A stretch of 64,000 bases of DNA from the NCBI RefSeq assembly GCF_009914755.1, contig NC_060938.1, one strand, 5' to 3'. Of this stretch, positions 29,768-48,011 are shown piece by piece. A program made the position numbers and the translations under genes. The notes under the pieces were generated by a model that saw only the letters and a list, made by a program, of their open reading frames with translations, had not been told where the DNA came from and did no database searches. Positions within the stretch are counted from its first letter, which is position 1. Every line of letters starts with the position of its first letter. This DNA is from the human T2T-CHM13v2.0 reference genome, Homo sapiens.

Positions 29768-30198
29768 AGCAAAGACTTGGAACCAACCCAAATGTCCAAC
29801 AATGATAGACTGGTTTAATAAAATGTGGCACATATACACCATGGAATACTATGCAGCCATAAAAAATGATGAGTTCATGTCCTTCGTAGGGACATGGATG
29901 AAATTGGAAATCAACATTCTCAGTAAACTATCACAAGAACAAAAAAACAAACACTTCATATTCTCACTCATAAGTGGGAATTGAACAATGAGAACATATG
30001 GACACAGGAAGGGGAACATCACACTCTGGGGACTGTTGTGGGGTGGGGAGAGGGGGGACGGAGAGCATTGGGAGATATATCTAATGCTAGATGACGGGTT
30101 AGTGGGTGCAGCACACCAGCATGCCACATGTATACATATGTAACTAACGCGCACATTGTGCACATGTACCCTAAAACTTAAAGAATAATAATAAGAAA
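29768..30198 (+). mobile_element. LINE-1 (L1PA2-like), 5'-truncated, ~0.43 kb
   Basis: ORF2 end ([15 protein letters not shown]...LISGN*), 3'UTR with GCTAGATGACGGGTTAGTGG, A-tail. Perfect 12-bp TSD AAAAAGAGTGTT at 29756-29767 and 30199-30210. Confidence 0.97.
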
Positions 30199-33100
30199 AA
30201 AAAGAGTGTTTCAAATCTCCTCAAAAAAAAAGTTTCAACTCTGTGAGTTGAATGCACACATCACAAAGAAGTTTCTCAGAATACTTCTGTCTAGATTTTG
30301 TCCAAAGCTATTTCCTTTTCCACTATACTTCTCAAAGTCCTCCGAATATCCACTTGCAGATTCTACAAAAGAAGTGTTTCAAAACTGCACAATCAAAAGA
30401 AAGGTTCAACTCTGTGAGTTGTATGCATACATCAGAAAGAAGTTTCTCAGAATGCTTTTGTGTAGTTTTTATGTGAAGATATTTCCTTTTCCACCATAGG
30501 CCCCAAGGCTCTCCAAATATCCACTTGCAGATTCTACAAAAAGCGGGATTCAAAACTGCTCAATCAAAAGAAAGGTTCAACTCTGTGAGTTGAAGGCACA
30601 CACAACAAAGCCGTTTCTCAGAATGCTTCTCCGTAGTTTTTATATGAAGATATTTCCGTTTCCACCATTCTCTCCAAAGCACTCCAAATATCTACTTGCA
30701 GATTCTATAAAAAGAGTGTTTCAAAACTGCTCAATGAAAAGAAAGTTTCAACTGTGTGAGATGAATGGACACATCATAAAGACGTTTCTCAGAATGCTTC
30801 TGTCTAGTGTTTATGTGAAGATATTTCCTTTTCCACCACGTGCCTCAAAGCACTCTAAATATGCACTTGCAGATTCAACGAAAAGAGCGTTTCAAAACTG
30901 CTCAATCAAAAGAAAGGTTCAACTACTGTGAGATGAATGCACACATCACCAAGAAGTTTCTCAGAATGCTTCTGTCTAGTTTTTATGAGAAGATAATTCT
31001 TTTCCACCATAGGCCCCAAAGGGCTCCAAATATCCACTGCAGATCCTACAAAAAGTGCTTAAAAAATGCTAAATCAATAGAAAGTTTCAACTCCATGAGA
31101 TGTATGCAAACATCACAAAGAAGTTTCTCAGAATGCTTCTCTCTAGTTTTTTTGTGAGGATATTTCCTTCTCCACCATAGGCCTCAAAGCACTCCAAATA
31201 TCCACTGGCAGATTCTAGAAAAAGAGAGTTTCAAAACTGCTCAATCAAAAGAAATTTTGAAATCTGTGAGATGAATGTGCACATCACAAAGAAGTTTCTC
31301 AGCGTACTTCTGTCTAGTTTTTATGTGAAGGTATTTCCTTTTCCACCATACTCATCAAAGTATTCCAAATATCCACTTGCACATTCTACAAAGAGAGTGT
31401 TTCAAAACTGCTCAATCAAAAGAATGGTTAATCTATGTGAGATGAATGCAAACATCACAAAGAAGTATCTCAGAATGCTTCTGTGTAGCTTTTATGTGAA
31501 AATGTTTCCTTTACCACCATAGTGCTCAAAGTGCTCCAAATATCCACTTACAGATTCTCCAAAAAGAGTGTTTGAAAACTGCTCAATCAAAAGAAAGGTT
31601 GAACCCTTTGAGATGAATGAACACATCACAAAGAAGTTTTTCAGAATGCTTGTGTCTAGGTTTTATGTGAATATACATCCTTTTCCACTATAGGCTGCAA
31701 AGTGCTCCAAACACCCACTTGCAGATTCTACAAAAAGAGTGTTTCAAACGTCCTCAATAAAAAAAGTTTCAACTCTGTGAGGTGAATTCACACATCAAAA
31801 AGAAGATTCTTAGAATGCTTCTGTCTAGTTTTTTGTGAAGATATTTGCTTTTCCACCATAGGCCACAAAGTGCAACAAATATCCAATTACAAATTTTACA
31901 AAAATAGTGTTTCAAAACTTCTCAATCAAAAGAAAGGTTCAACTCTGTGAGTTGAATACACACATCACAAAGAAGTTTCTCAGAATGCTTCTGTCTAGAT
32001 TTTGTCCAAAGTTATTTCCTTTTCCACTATACTTCTCAAAGTCCTCTGAATATCCACTTGCAGATTCTACAAAAGAAGTGTTTCAAAACTGCACAATCAA
32101 AAGAAAGGTTCAACTCAGTGAGTTGTATGCATATATCAGAAAGAAGTTTCTCAGAATGCTTTTGTGTAGTTTTTATGTGAAGATATTTCCTTTTCCACCA
32201 TAGGCCCCAAAGCTCTCCAAATATCCACTTGCAGATTCTACAAAAAGCGGGATTCAAAACTGTTCAATCAAAAGAAAGTTTCAACTCTGTGAGTTGAAGG
32301 CACACATAACAAAGCCGTTTCTCAGAATGCTTCTCCTTAGTTTTTATATGAAGATATTTCCCTTTCCATCATTCTCTCCAAAGCGCTCCAGATATCCACT
32401 TGCAGATGCCATAAAAAGAGTGTTTCAAAACTGCTCAATGAAAAGAAAGTTTCAACTCTGTGAGATGAATGGACACATCATAGAGACATTTCTTAGAATG
32501 CTTCTGTCTAGTGTTTATGTGAAGATATTTCCTTTTCCACCACACGCCTCAAAGCACTCTAAATATGCACTTGCAGATTCTACGAAGAGTGTTTCAAAAC
32601 TGCTCAATCAAAAGAAAAGTTCAACTACTGTGAGATGAATGCACACATCACAAAGAAGTTTCTCAGAATGCTTCTGTCTGGTTGTTACGTGAAGATATTT
32701 GCTTTTCCACCACAGGCCACAAAGCACACCAAATATCCACTTGCAGATTTAAAAACAAAAATAGTGTTTCAAAACTGCTCAATCAAAGGAAAAGTTCAAC
32801 TCTGTGAGTTGAATTAACACATCACAAAGAAGTTTCCCAGAATGCGTCTGTGTAGCTTTTATGCAAAGTTATTTCCTTTTCCACAATACTCCACAAAGTC
32901 CTCCGAGTATCTACTTGCAGATTCTACAAAAAGAGAGTTTCAAAACTGCACAATCAAAAGAAAGGTTCAACTGTGATTTGAATGCACACATCACAAAGTC
33001 GTTTCTCAGAATGCTTTCCATAGTTTTTATATGAAGATATTTTCATTTCCACCATTCTCTCCAAAGCGTTCCAAATATCCACTTGCAGATTCTACAAAAA

Positions 33101-36100
33101 GAGCGTTTCAAAATTGTTCAATCGAATTAAAGGTTCATCTCTTTGAGATGAATGCACACAACAAAAAGAAGTTTCTCAGAATGCTTCTGTGTAGTTTTTA
33201 TGTGAAGGTATTTCCTTTTACACCATAGGCCACAAAGGGCTCCAAATATTCACTTGCAGATTATACATAAAGAGAGTTTCAAAACTCCTCTATCAAAAGA
33301 TAGGTACAACTCTGAGTTCAATGCACACATCTCAAAGAAGTTTCTCAGAATGCTTCTGTTTAATTTTTACGTGAAGATATTTCCATTTCTATAATAGGCC
33401 TCAAAGCGCTCCAAGTATCCACTTGTATATTTTACTAAAAGAGTGTTTCCAATATGCTCAATCAAAAGAAAGTTACAACTCTGGGAGATGAATGCACATA
33501 TTATACAGAAGTTTCTCAGAATGCTTCTGTGTCTTTTTTATGTGAAGATATATCCTTTTCCACAATGGGCCTCAAAGTGCTCTGTGACATGAATGCACAC
33601 TTAAAAAGACATTTCTCAGAATGCTTCTGTGTAGTTTTTATGTGAAGATATTTCCTTTTCCACCATAGGCCATAAAGGGCTCCAAATATCCACTTGCAGA
33701 TTCTACAAAAAGAGAGTTTCAAAATTGCTCTATCAAAAGATAGGTTCAACTCTGTGAGCTGAATGCACTCATCACAAACAAGCTTCTCGGAATGCTTCTG
33801 TGTAGTTTTTATGTGAGGACATTTCCTTTTCCACAATAGGCCTCTAAGCACTACAAATATCCACTTGTGGATTCTTCAAATAGTGGTTTTCAAAACTGCT
33901 CAATGAAAAGAAATGTTCACCACAGTGTGTTGAACGAACATTTCACAAAGAAGTTTTTCAGAATACTTCTGTGCAGCTTTATATGAAGATATTTCCTTTT
34001 CCACCATAGGCCTCAATGCACTCCAAATATCTAGTTGAAGATTCTACAAAAAGTGTGTTTCAAAATTGCTCAATCAAAAGAAAGTTGAACTATGTGAGAT
34101 GAATGCACACCTTGCAAAGAAGTTTCTCAGAATTCATCTGTGTTGTTTTTATGTAAAGATATTTTCTTTTCCACAGTAGGTCTCAAGGGGTTCCAAATAT
34201 CCACTTGCAGATTTTACAAAAAGTCTGTTTCAAAAGTGCTCAGTGAAAAGAAAGGTTCAACTCTCTGAGATGAATCCACACATGACAATGAAGTTTCTCA
34301 GAATGCTTCTGTGTAGTTTTTATGTGAAGTTATTTCCTTTTCCACCAGAGGCCACAAAGAGTTCCAAATATCCACTTGCAGATTATACAAAAAGAGAGTT
34401 TGAAAACTGTGCAATCAAAAGATAGGTTCAAATCTGTGATTTGAATGCACACATCAGAAAGAAGTTTCTCAGAATGCTTCTGTGTAGATTTTATGTGCAG
34501 ATATATCCTTTTCCACCATAGGCCTCAATGTGCTCAAAATATCCACTTAGAGGTACTACAAAAACAGTGTTTGAAAACTGCTCAATCAAAAGAAAAGTTC
34601 AACTCTGTGAGATGAACGCACACATCGCAAAGAAATTTGTCAGAATGTTTCTGTGTTGTTTTCATGCAAAGATATTTCCTTTTCCACAATAGGCCTCAAA
34701 GTGCTCCAAATAGCCACTTGCAGATTCTACAAAAATAGTGTTTCAAAACAGCTCAATCAAAAGAAATGTTGAACTCTGTGAGGTGAATGCACACATCACC
34801 AAGAAGTTTTTTCAGAATGCTTCTGTGAAGTTTTTATGTGAAGATATTTCTTTATCCACCACAGGCAGCAAGGGGCTCTAAATATCCACTTGCAGATTCT
34901 ACAAAAAGAGATTTTCAAAGCTCCTCGATAAAAAGATAAGTTCAACTCTGTGAGTAGAATGCTCACATCACAAAGAAGTTTCTTTGAATGCTTCTGTGTA
35001 GTTTTTATGTGAAGATATTTCCTTTTACACCATAGGCCTCAAAGCGCTCCAAATATACACCTGCAGATTCCAAAAAAAGAGATTTTCAAAACTGCTTATC
35101 AAAAGATAGGTTCAACTCCGTGAGTTGAATGCACACATCACAAATAAGTTTCTCAGAATGCTTCTGTGTATTTTTTATGGGAAGATATTTCCTTTTCCTC
35201 AATATGCCTCCTAGCACTGCAAATAGCCACTTGCAGATCACACTAAAAGAGTATTTCCAAACTGCATAGTCAAAAGAAAGGTGAAATGAACGCACACGTT
35301 GCAAAAAGTATCTCAGACTCCTTCTGTGTAGTTTTTATGTGAAGATATTTTCTTTTTTACAATAGGCCTCAAAGCTCTCCAAAGATCCACTTGCAGATTC
35401 TACAAAAGAGTGTTTCAAAACTGCTCAATCAAAATAAAGGTTCAACTCTGTCAGATGAATGCACACATCACAAGGTAGTTTGTCAGAATGCTTCTGTGTA
35501 GTTTTTATGTGAAGATATTTCCTTTTCCACCTTAGGCCGCAAAAGGCTCCACATATCCACTTGCAGTTTCTACAAAAAGAATGTTTCCAAACTGGTCACT
35601 CAAAAGAAAGGTTCAACTCTGTGAGTTGAATGCACACATCACAAAGAAGTTTCACAGAATTCTACTGTATAGTTTCTATGTGAAGATATTTCCTTTTCCG
35701 CAATAGGCCTCAAAGTGTTCCAAGTATCCACTTGCAGATACTACAAAGACATTGTTTCAAAACTGCTCAACCAAAAGAATGGTTCAACTCTGTGAGAGTA
35801 ATGCACACATCACAAAGAAGTTTCTCAGAATGTTTCTGTGTAGTTTTTTTGTGAAGATATTTCCTTTTCCACAATAGGCCTCAAAGCGCTCCAAATATCC
35901 ACTTGCAGATTCTTCAAAAATAGTGTTTCAAAACTGCTCAATGAAAAGAAAAGTTCAACTCTGTGAGAAGAACGCACACATCCCAAAGAAGTTTCTCAGA
36001 ATTCTTCTGTGTAGTTTTTATGTGTTGACATTTCCTTTTACAACATAGGCCACAAAGGGCTCAAAATATTCTCTTGCAGATTCTACAAAAAGAGAGATCC

Positions 36101-39100
36101 AAAACTGCTCAATTAAAAGATATTTTCAACCTTTTGAAAAGAATGCACACATCACAAAGAAGTTTCTCAGAATGATTCTGTGTAGTTTTTTAATGAAGAT
36201 ATTTCCTTTTCCACCATAGGACGCAAACGACTTCAAATACCCACTTCCAGATTCTACGACAAGAGAGTTTCAAAACTGCTAAATGAAAACATAGGTTCAA
36301 ATCTGTCAGTTGAATGCACACATCACAAAGAAGTTTCTCATAATTCTTCTGTGAAGTTTTTATGTGAAGATATTTCCATTTCCACAATAGACCTCAAATC
36401 TTTCCAAATATCTATTTGCTGATTCTACAAAAAGAGGGTTTCAAAACTGCACAATCATAAGAAATGTTCAACTCTGTGAGATGGGTGCACACAACACAAA
36501 GAAGTTTCTCAGAATGCTTCTGTGTAGTTTTTACGTAAAGATAATTCCTTTTCCCCTGGAGGCCTCAAATCTCTCTAAATATCCACTTGAAGATTCTACA
36601 AAAAGTGTTTTTCCAAACTGCTCAATCAAAAGAAACATTCAACTCTTTGCGATGAATGCACACATCACAAAGAAGTTTCTCAGAATGCTTCTGTGCAGTT
36701 TTTATGTGAACATATTTCCTTTTAAACCGTAGGCCACAATCAGCTCCACATACCCACTTCCAGATTCTACAAAAAGAGAGTTTCAAAACCGCTCAATCAA
36801 AAGATCCGTTCAATTCTGTGAGTTGAATGCAGACATCACAAAGAAGTTTCTCAGAATGCCTCTGTGTAGTTTTTATGTGAAGATATTTCCTTTTCTACAA
36901 TAGGCCTCAATGCGCTCCAAATATCCACTTGCAGATTCTACAAAAGGAGTGTTTCAAAACTGCTCAAACAAAAGAAAGGTTCAACTCTGTGAGATGAATG
37001 CAAACATCACAGAGAAGTTTCTCAGAATGCTTCTGTGTAGTTTTTATGTGAAGGTATTTCCTGTTTCACCATATGCCGTAAAGGGCTCCAAATAGCAACT
37101 TGCAGTTTCTACAAAGAGAGTATTTCAAAACTTCTCAATCAAAACAAAAGTTCAACTCTGTGAGATGAATACACACATCACAAAGAAGTTTCTCATAATG
37201 TTTCTGTGTAGTTTCTATCTGAAGATATTTCCTTTTCCCATATAGGCCACAAAGGGCTCCAAATATCCAGTTGCAGATTCTACAAAAACAGTGTTTCAAA
37301 ACTGCACAATCAAAAGCAATATTCATCTCTGTGAGATTGAATGTACACATCACAAAGAAGTTTCTCAGAATGCTTCTGTGAAGTTTTTTTTGTGAAGATA
37401 TTCCCTTTTCTACAATAGGGTTGAAATCGTCCAAGTTTCCACTTGCAGATTCTACAAAGAGAGTGTTTCAAAACTACTCAATCATAAGATAGGTTCCAAT
37501 CTATGAGATGAATGCACACATCACAAAGAAGTTACTCAGAATGCTTCTGTGTAGTATTTATTTCAGGATATTTCCTTTTCCTCCATAGGCTGCAAAGGGC
37601 TTCAAATATCCACTTGCAGTTTCTACAAAAAGTGTGTTTCAAAAGTTCTCAATCAAAAGAAACTTTCAACTCTGTGGGATGAATGCACACATCACAGAGA
37701 TATTTCTCAGAATGCTTCTGTGTGGTTTTTACGTGAAGATATTGGCTTTTCCACAGTAGGCTTCAAAGCGTTCCAAATATCCACTTGCAGATTCTATAAA
37801 AAGAGTGTTTCAAAACGGCTCAATCAAAAGAAACGTACAACTCTGTTAGATGAATACGCACATCACAAAGTAGTTTCTCAGAATAATTATGTGTAGGTTT
37901 TATGTGAAGATATTTCCTTTTATGCAATAGGCCACAAAGCGCTCCAAATATCCACCTGAAGATTCTGCAAAGAGAGTGTTTCAAAGCTGCTCAGTCATGA
38001 GATAGGTTCATCTCTGTGAGATGAATGCACACATCACAAAGAAGTTTCTCAGAATGCTTCTGTGTAGTTTTTATTTGAAGATATTTCCTTTGCCTCCATG
38101 GACCACAAAGGACTCCGAATATCCACTTGCAAATCCTACAAAAAGAGAAATCCGTAACTGCTCAATCGAAATATAGGTTCAAGTCTGTGAGTTGAATGAA
38201 CACATCACAAAGAAGTTTCTCAGAATGTTTCTGTGTAGTTTTTATGTGAAGATATTTCCTTTTCCAAAATAGGCCTCAAAGTCCACCAAATATCCACTTG
38301 CAGATTCTACAAAAACAGTATTTAGAAACTGCTCAATCAAAAGACAGATTAGACTGTGAGTTTAATGCACACATCACAAATAACTTTCTCAGAATGCTTT
38401 TGTGTAGTTTTTATGTGAACATACTTCCTTTTCCATAATATGCCTCAAATCGTTCCAAGGATCCACTTGTAGATTCTACAAAGAGAGTGTTTGAAAACTG
38501 CTAAACCATAACATAGATTCAACTCTGTGAGATGAATGCACACATAAAAAGTAGTTTCTCAGAATGATTCTGTGTAGTTTTTATGTGAAGATATTTCCTT
38601 TTCCACTATAGGCCTCAAAATGCTCAAAATATCCACTTGCAGATACTACAGAAAGAGTGTTTCAAAACTACTCAATCAAAATAATGTTTCAACTGTGTGA
38701 GATGAATGCACACATCACAAAATTTTCTCAGAATGCTTCTGTGTAGTTTTTATGTGAAGATAATTGCTTTTACAAAGTAGACCTCAAATCTCTCCAAATA
38801 TCCACTTGCAGATTCTACAAAAACTGTGTTTCAAAACTTCTTAATGAAAAGAAAGGTTCAACTATGTGAGATGAGTGCACACATCAAAAATAAGTTTCTC
38901 AGAATGCTTCTGTGTAGTTTTTATGTGAAGATATTGCCTTTTCCACAATAGGCTTCAGTGCACACCAAATATCCACTTGCAGAATCTACAAAAGGAGGGT
39001 TTCAAAACTCCTCCATCAAAAGAAAGGCTCAACTCTGTGAGATGAATGCACACATCACAAAGAAGTTTCTCAGAATGCTTCTGTGTAGTTTTTATGTGAA

Positions 39101-42100
39101 GATATTTCCTTTTCCACTATAGTCCTCAAAGTGTTCAAAATATCCACTTGCAGATTCTACAGAAAGAGTTTCAAAACTGCTCAATCAAAAGAAAGGTTCA
39201 ACTCTGTGAGATGAATGCACACATCACAAAGAAGTTACTCAGAATGCCTCTGCATAGTTTTTGTGTGAAAATATTGACTTTTCCACAATAGACATCAAAG
39301 CCCTCAAAATATCCTCTTGCAGATTTTACAAAAACTGTGTTTCAAAACTGCCCTAACAAAAGAAAGATTCAACTCTGTGAGATGAATGCACACATCACAA
39401 AGAAGATTCTCAGAATGCTTCTGTGCACTTTTTATGTGAAGATATTTCTTTTCCACAACAGGCCTCAGAGCGCTTCAAATATCAACTGGAAGATTATACA
39501 AAGAGAGTGTTTCAAAACTGCTCAATCATAAGATAGGTTCATCTCTGTTCGTTGAATTTACACATCAAATGAAGTTACTCAGAATGCCTCCTTATAGTTT
39601 TTATGTGAACATATTTTCTTGTCCACAATAGGCCTCAAAGAGCTCAAAATATCCTCTTGCAGATTTTTCAAAAACAGTGTTTCAAAACTGCTCTACCAAA
39701 AGAAAGGTTCAACACTGTGAGGTGAATGCACACATCACAAAGAAGATTCTCAGAATGCCTCCATGTAGTTTTTATTTCAAGATATTTCCTTTTCCTCCAT
39801 AGGCTGAAAAGGGCTCCAAATATCTACTTGCAGATTATACAAAAAGAGAGATTCAAAACTACTGAATCAAAAATAGGTTTAACTCTGTGTTATGAATGCA
39901 CTCATCACAATGAAGTTTCTCAGAATGATTCTGTGTAGTTTTTATATGAAGATAGTTCATTTTATTCAATAGACCTCAAAGCACTCCAAATATCCACTTG
40001 CAGTTTCTACAAAAAGAGTGTCTCAAAACTGCTCAATGATAAGATAGGTTCAACTCTGTGACAAGAATGCACACATCACAAAGAATTTTCTCAGAGTCCT
40101 TCTGTGTAGTTTTTATGTGTAGATATTTACTTTTACACCGTAGACTTCAAAACACTCCAAATATCCACTTGCAGATTCTACAAAAAGAGTGATCCCAAAC
40201 TGATCAAACAAAAAAAATGTTCAACTCTGTCAGATGAATGCACACATCACAAAGAACTTCCTCAGGATGCTTCTGTGTAATTTTTCTGTGAAGATATTTC
40301 CTTTTCCACAATAGGCCTCAAAGCGCTCCAAATATCCACTTGCAGACTCTACAAAAAGAATGTGAAAACTGCTCAATCAACAGAAAGGTTCAACTCTGTG
40401 AGATGAATGCCTACATGACAAAGAAGTTTCTCAGAATGTTTCCGTGTAGTTTTTTTGTGATGATATTTCCTTTTCCACAATAGGCACCAAAGCGCTCCAG
40501 ATATCCACTTTCAGATTCTACAAACAGAGGGTTTCAAAACTGCTCAATCAAAAGATAGGTTCAAGTGTGTGAGATGAATGCACACAACAACAAGAAGTTT
40601 CTCAGAATATTTCTCTGTAGTTTTCATTAGAAGATATCTCCTTTTCCACCATTGGCCGCAAAGGGCTCCAAACTTCCACTTGCAGATTCTACAAAAAGAG
40701 AGATTCAAAACTGATCAATCAAAGGTAGCTTCAACTCTGTGAGTTTAATGCACACATCACAGAAAAGTTTCTCAGAATGCTTCTGTGTAGTTTTTATTTA
40801 AAGATGTTTCCTTTTGCACCATATGACACAAAGGCCTCCAAATACCCATTCCAGGTTCTTCAAAAAGAGAGTTTCAAAACAGCCCAATCAAAAGATAGGT
40901 TCAACTCCGTGAGATGAATGCACACATCACAAAAACTTTCTCAGAATGCTTCTGTGAAGTTTTTATATGATGATATTTCTTTTTCCACCACAGGCCGCAA
41001 AGGGCTCCAAATATACTCTTGCAGATTCCACAGAGAGACTCAAAACTGCTCAATCAAAAGATAGATTCAACCCTGTGAGTTGAATGCACAGATCACAGAG
41101 AAATTTCTCAGAATGCTTCTGTGTAGTTTTTATGTAAAGATATTTCCTTTTCCACTGGAGGGCTCAAAGCGCTACAAATATCAACTTGCACATTCTGCAA
41201 AAAGAGTGTTTCCAAACTGCTCAATCAAAAGAAACGTTCAACACTCTGAGATGAATGCACACATCACAAAGAAGTTTCTCAAAATTCTTCTGTGTAGTTT
41301 TTATGTGAAGGTATTTCCTTTTCCACCATAGTCCTCAAAGTGCTCCAAATATTAAATTGCAAATTCTACAAAAAGAGTGTTTCCAAACTGCTCAAACTAA
41401 AGAAAGGTTCAACTCTGTGAGATGAATGCACACATCACATAGAAGTTTCTCAGAATGTTTCTGTATAGTTTTTATGTGAAGATATTTCCTTTTCCACAAT
41501 AGGCCTTAAAGCGCTCCAAATATCCAACTGCAGATTCTACAAAAAAAGTGTCTCAAAACTGCTGAATCAACAGAAAATTTCAAATCTGTGAGATGAATGC
41601 ATACGTCACAAAGAAATTTCTCAGAATGTTTCTGTGTAGTTTTAAAGTGAAGATATTTCCTTTTACACCAGAGGCCACAAATGGCTCCAAATATCCACTT
41701 GCAGGTTCTACAAAAAGAGAGTTTCAAAACTTCTTAATCAAACGATAGGTTCAACTCTGGGAGGTGAATCCACACGTCACAAAGAAGTTTCTCAGAATGA
41801 CTCTGTGTATTTTTCATGTGATGACACTTTCTTTACCACCATAGGACTCAAAACCCTCCAAATGCCCACGTACAGATTCTACAAAAGAAGTGTTTCCAAA
41901 CTGCACAATCAAAAGAAAAGTTCAACGCTGTGAGATAAATGCACACATCACAAAGAAGTTTCTCAGGATGCTTCTGTGTAGTTTTTATGTGAGGATATTT
42001 CCTTTTACACCATAGGCTGCAAAGGATTCCCAATATCCTCTTGCAGATTCTACAAAAAGAGTTTCAAAACTGCTGTATCAAAAGATAGGTTCAACTCTGT

Positions 42101-43986
42101 GACTTGAATACAAACATAACAAAGAAGTTTCTCAGAATGCTTCTGTGAAGTTTTTACGTGAAGATATTTCCTTTTCCATCATAGGCCACATAGCGCTCCA
42201 AATATCCATTTGCGGATTCTAGAAAAACAGTGTTTCGCACACATCGCAAAGAAGTTTCTCAGAATGCTTCTGGGTAGTTTTTATGTGACGATATTTTCTT
42301 TTCCACAATAGGCGTCAAAGAACTCCAAATATCCACTTGCAGATTCTACAAAAGAGAGTTTCAAAACTAGTCCATCAAAAGATAGGTTTAGCTCTGTGAG
42401 TTGAATGCACACATCACAAAGAAGTTTCTCAGAATGCTTTTGTGTAGTTTTTATGTAAAGATATTTTCTTTTCCGCCATAGGCCTCAAATCCCTCCAAAT
42501 ATTCACTTGCAGATTCCATAAAAAGAGTGTTTCTAAACTGTCCAAACAAAAGAAAGGTTGAAGTCAGTCAGATGAATTCGCAAATCGCAAAGAAGTTTCT
42601 CAGAATGATTCTGAGTACTTTTTACGTGAAGATATTAACTTTTCCACAGTAGGCCTCAAAGCCCTCCAAATATCCACATGATCATTCTACAAAAAGGGTA
42701 TTTCATAACTGCTCAATCAAAAGAAAGTTTCTACTCTGTGAGATGAATGTACACATCACAAAGAAGTTTCTCAGAATGCTTCTGTGTAGTTTTTATCTGA
42801 AGATATTTCCTTTTCCACCATAGGCCACAAATGGCTCAAAATATCCACTTGCAGATTGCACAAAAAGACAATTTCAAATCTGCTCAATCCAAAGATATGT
42901 TCAAATCTGTGAGTTGAATGCACACATTACAAATAAGTTTCTCAGAATCCTTCTTTGTAGTTTTTATGTGAAGATATTTCCTTTTCCACCGTAGGCCTCA
43001 AAACCCTCCAAATATCCACTTTCACATTCCACAAAAAGAGCGTTTCAAAACTGCTCAATCAAAAGAAAAATTCAACTCTGTGAGATGAATGCACACATCA
43101 CAAAGCAGTTTTTCAGAATGCTCCTGTGTAGTGTTTATCTCAAGATATTTCCTTTTCCACCATAAGCCTCAAAGGGCTCCAAATATCCACTTGCATATTC
43201 TACAAAAAGAGTGTTTCCAAACTGCTCAGACAAAGAAAGTTTCAACTCTGTCAGATGAATGCACACATCACAAAGAAGCTTCTCAGAATGCTTCTGTGTA
43301 ATTTTTATGTGAAGATATTTCCTTTTCCACAATAGTCCCCAAAGCGTTCCAAATATCCACTTGCAGATTCTATAAAAAAAAGTTTCCAAACTGCTCAATC
43401 AAAAGAAAGGTTCAAGTCTGTGAGATGAATGCACCCTTCACAGAGAAGTTTCTCAGAATGCTTCTGTGTAGTTTTTTTGTGAAGATATTTCCTTTTACAC
43501 CATAGGCCCAAAGGGCTCCATATATCCACTTGCAGATTCTATGAAAAGACAGTTTCAAAATTGCTCTCTAAAAAGACAGGTTCAACTCTGTGAGTTGAAT
43601 ACACAATAACAAAAATGTTTCACAGAATGCTTCTGTGAAGTTTTTATGTGACGATATTTCGTTTTCCACAATAGGCCACATAGCACTCCAAGTATCCACT
43701 TGCAGATTCCACAAAAACAGTGTTTCAAGCTGCACAATCAAAAGAAATATTCAACTCTGTGAGATGAATGCACACATCACCAAGAAATTTCTCAGAACGC
43801 TTCTGTGTAGATTTTATGTGAAGATGTTTCCTTTTGCACTATAGGCCTCAAAGGGCTCCATATATCCACTTCCAGATTCTACAAAAATATATTTTCAAAA
43901 CTGTTCAATCAAAAGATATGTTCAACTCTGAGAGTTGCATGCATTCATCACAAAGAAGTTTCTCAGAGTACTGTGGTGTAGTTTTT
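30199..43986 (-). repeat. Alpha satellite array, reverse orientation (CTGTGTAG layer from ~32850)
   Basis: ~171-bp monomers; several internally deleted monomers. Confidence 0.98.
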
Positions 43987-44211
43987 TTTTTAAATTTATT
44001 TTATTTTATTATTATTATACTTTAAGTTTTAGGGTACATGTGCACATTGTGCAGGTTAGTTACATATGTGTACATGTGCCATATTGGTGTGCTGCACACA
44101 TTAACTCGTCATTTAGCATTAGGTATATCTCCTAATGCTATCCATCCCCCCTCCCCCCACCCCACATCAGAGTGTGATGTTCCCCTTCCTGTGTCCATGT
44201 GTTCCCATCGC

Positions 44212-47948
<3,737 letters not shown>

Positions 47949-48011
47949 TATGATGTTTGCTGGTTATTTTGCTCGTTAGTTGATGCAGTTTCTTACTAGC
48001 CACAGTGGACT

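Noticed and set aside
30027-30065. G-rich tract with G-quadruplex potential (also in the other L1 3'UTRs)
   Set aside because: Standard polypurine tract of the L1 3'UTR; not specific to this locus.
38590-39760. Weak 3-mer and 2-mer offset similarities (AAACTGTGTTTC; GAAGTTACTCAGAATGCCTC)
   Set aside because: Too few shared private variants to separate from layer background by eye.
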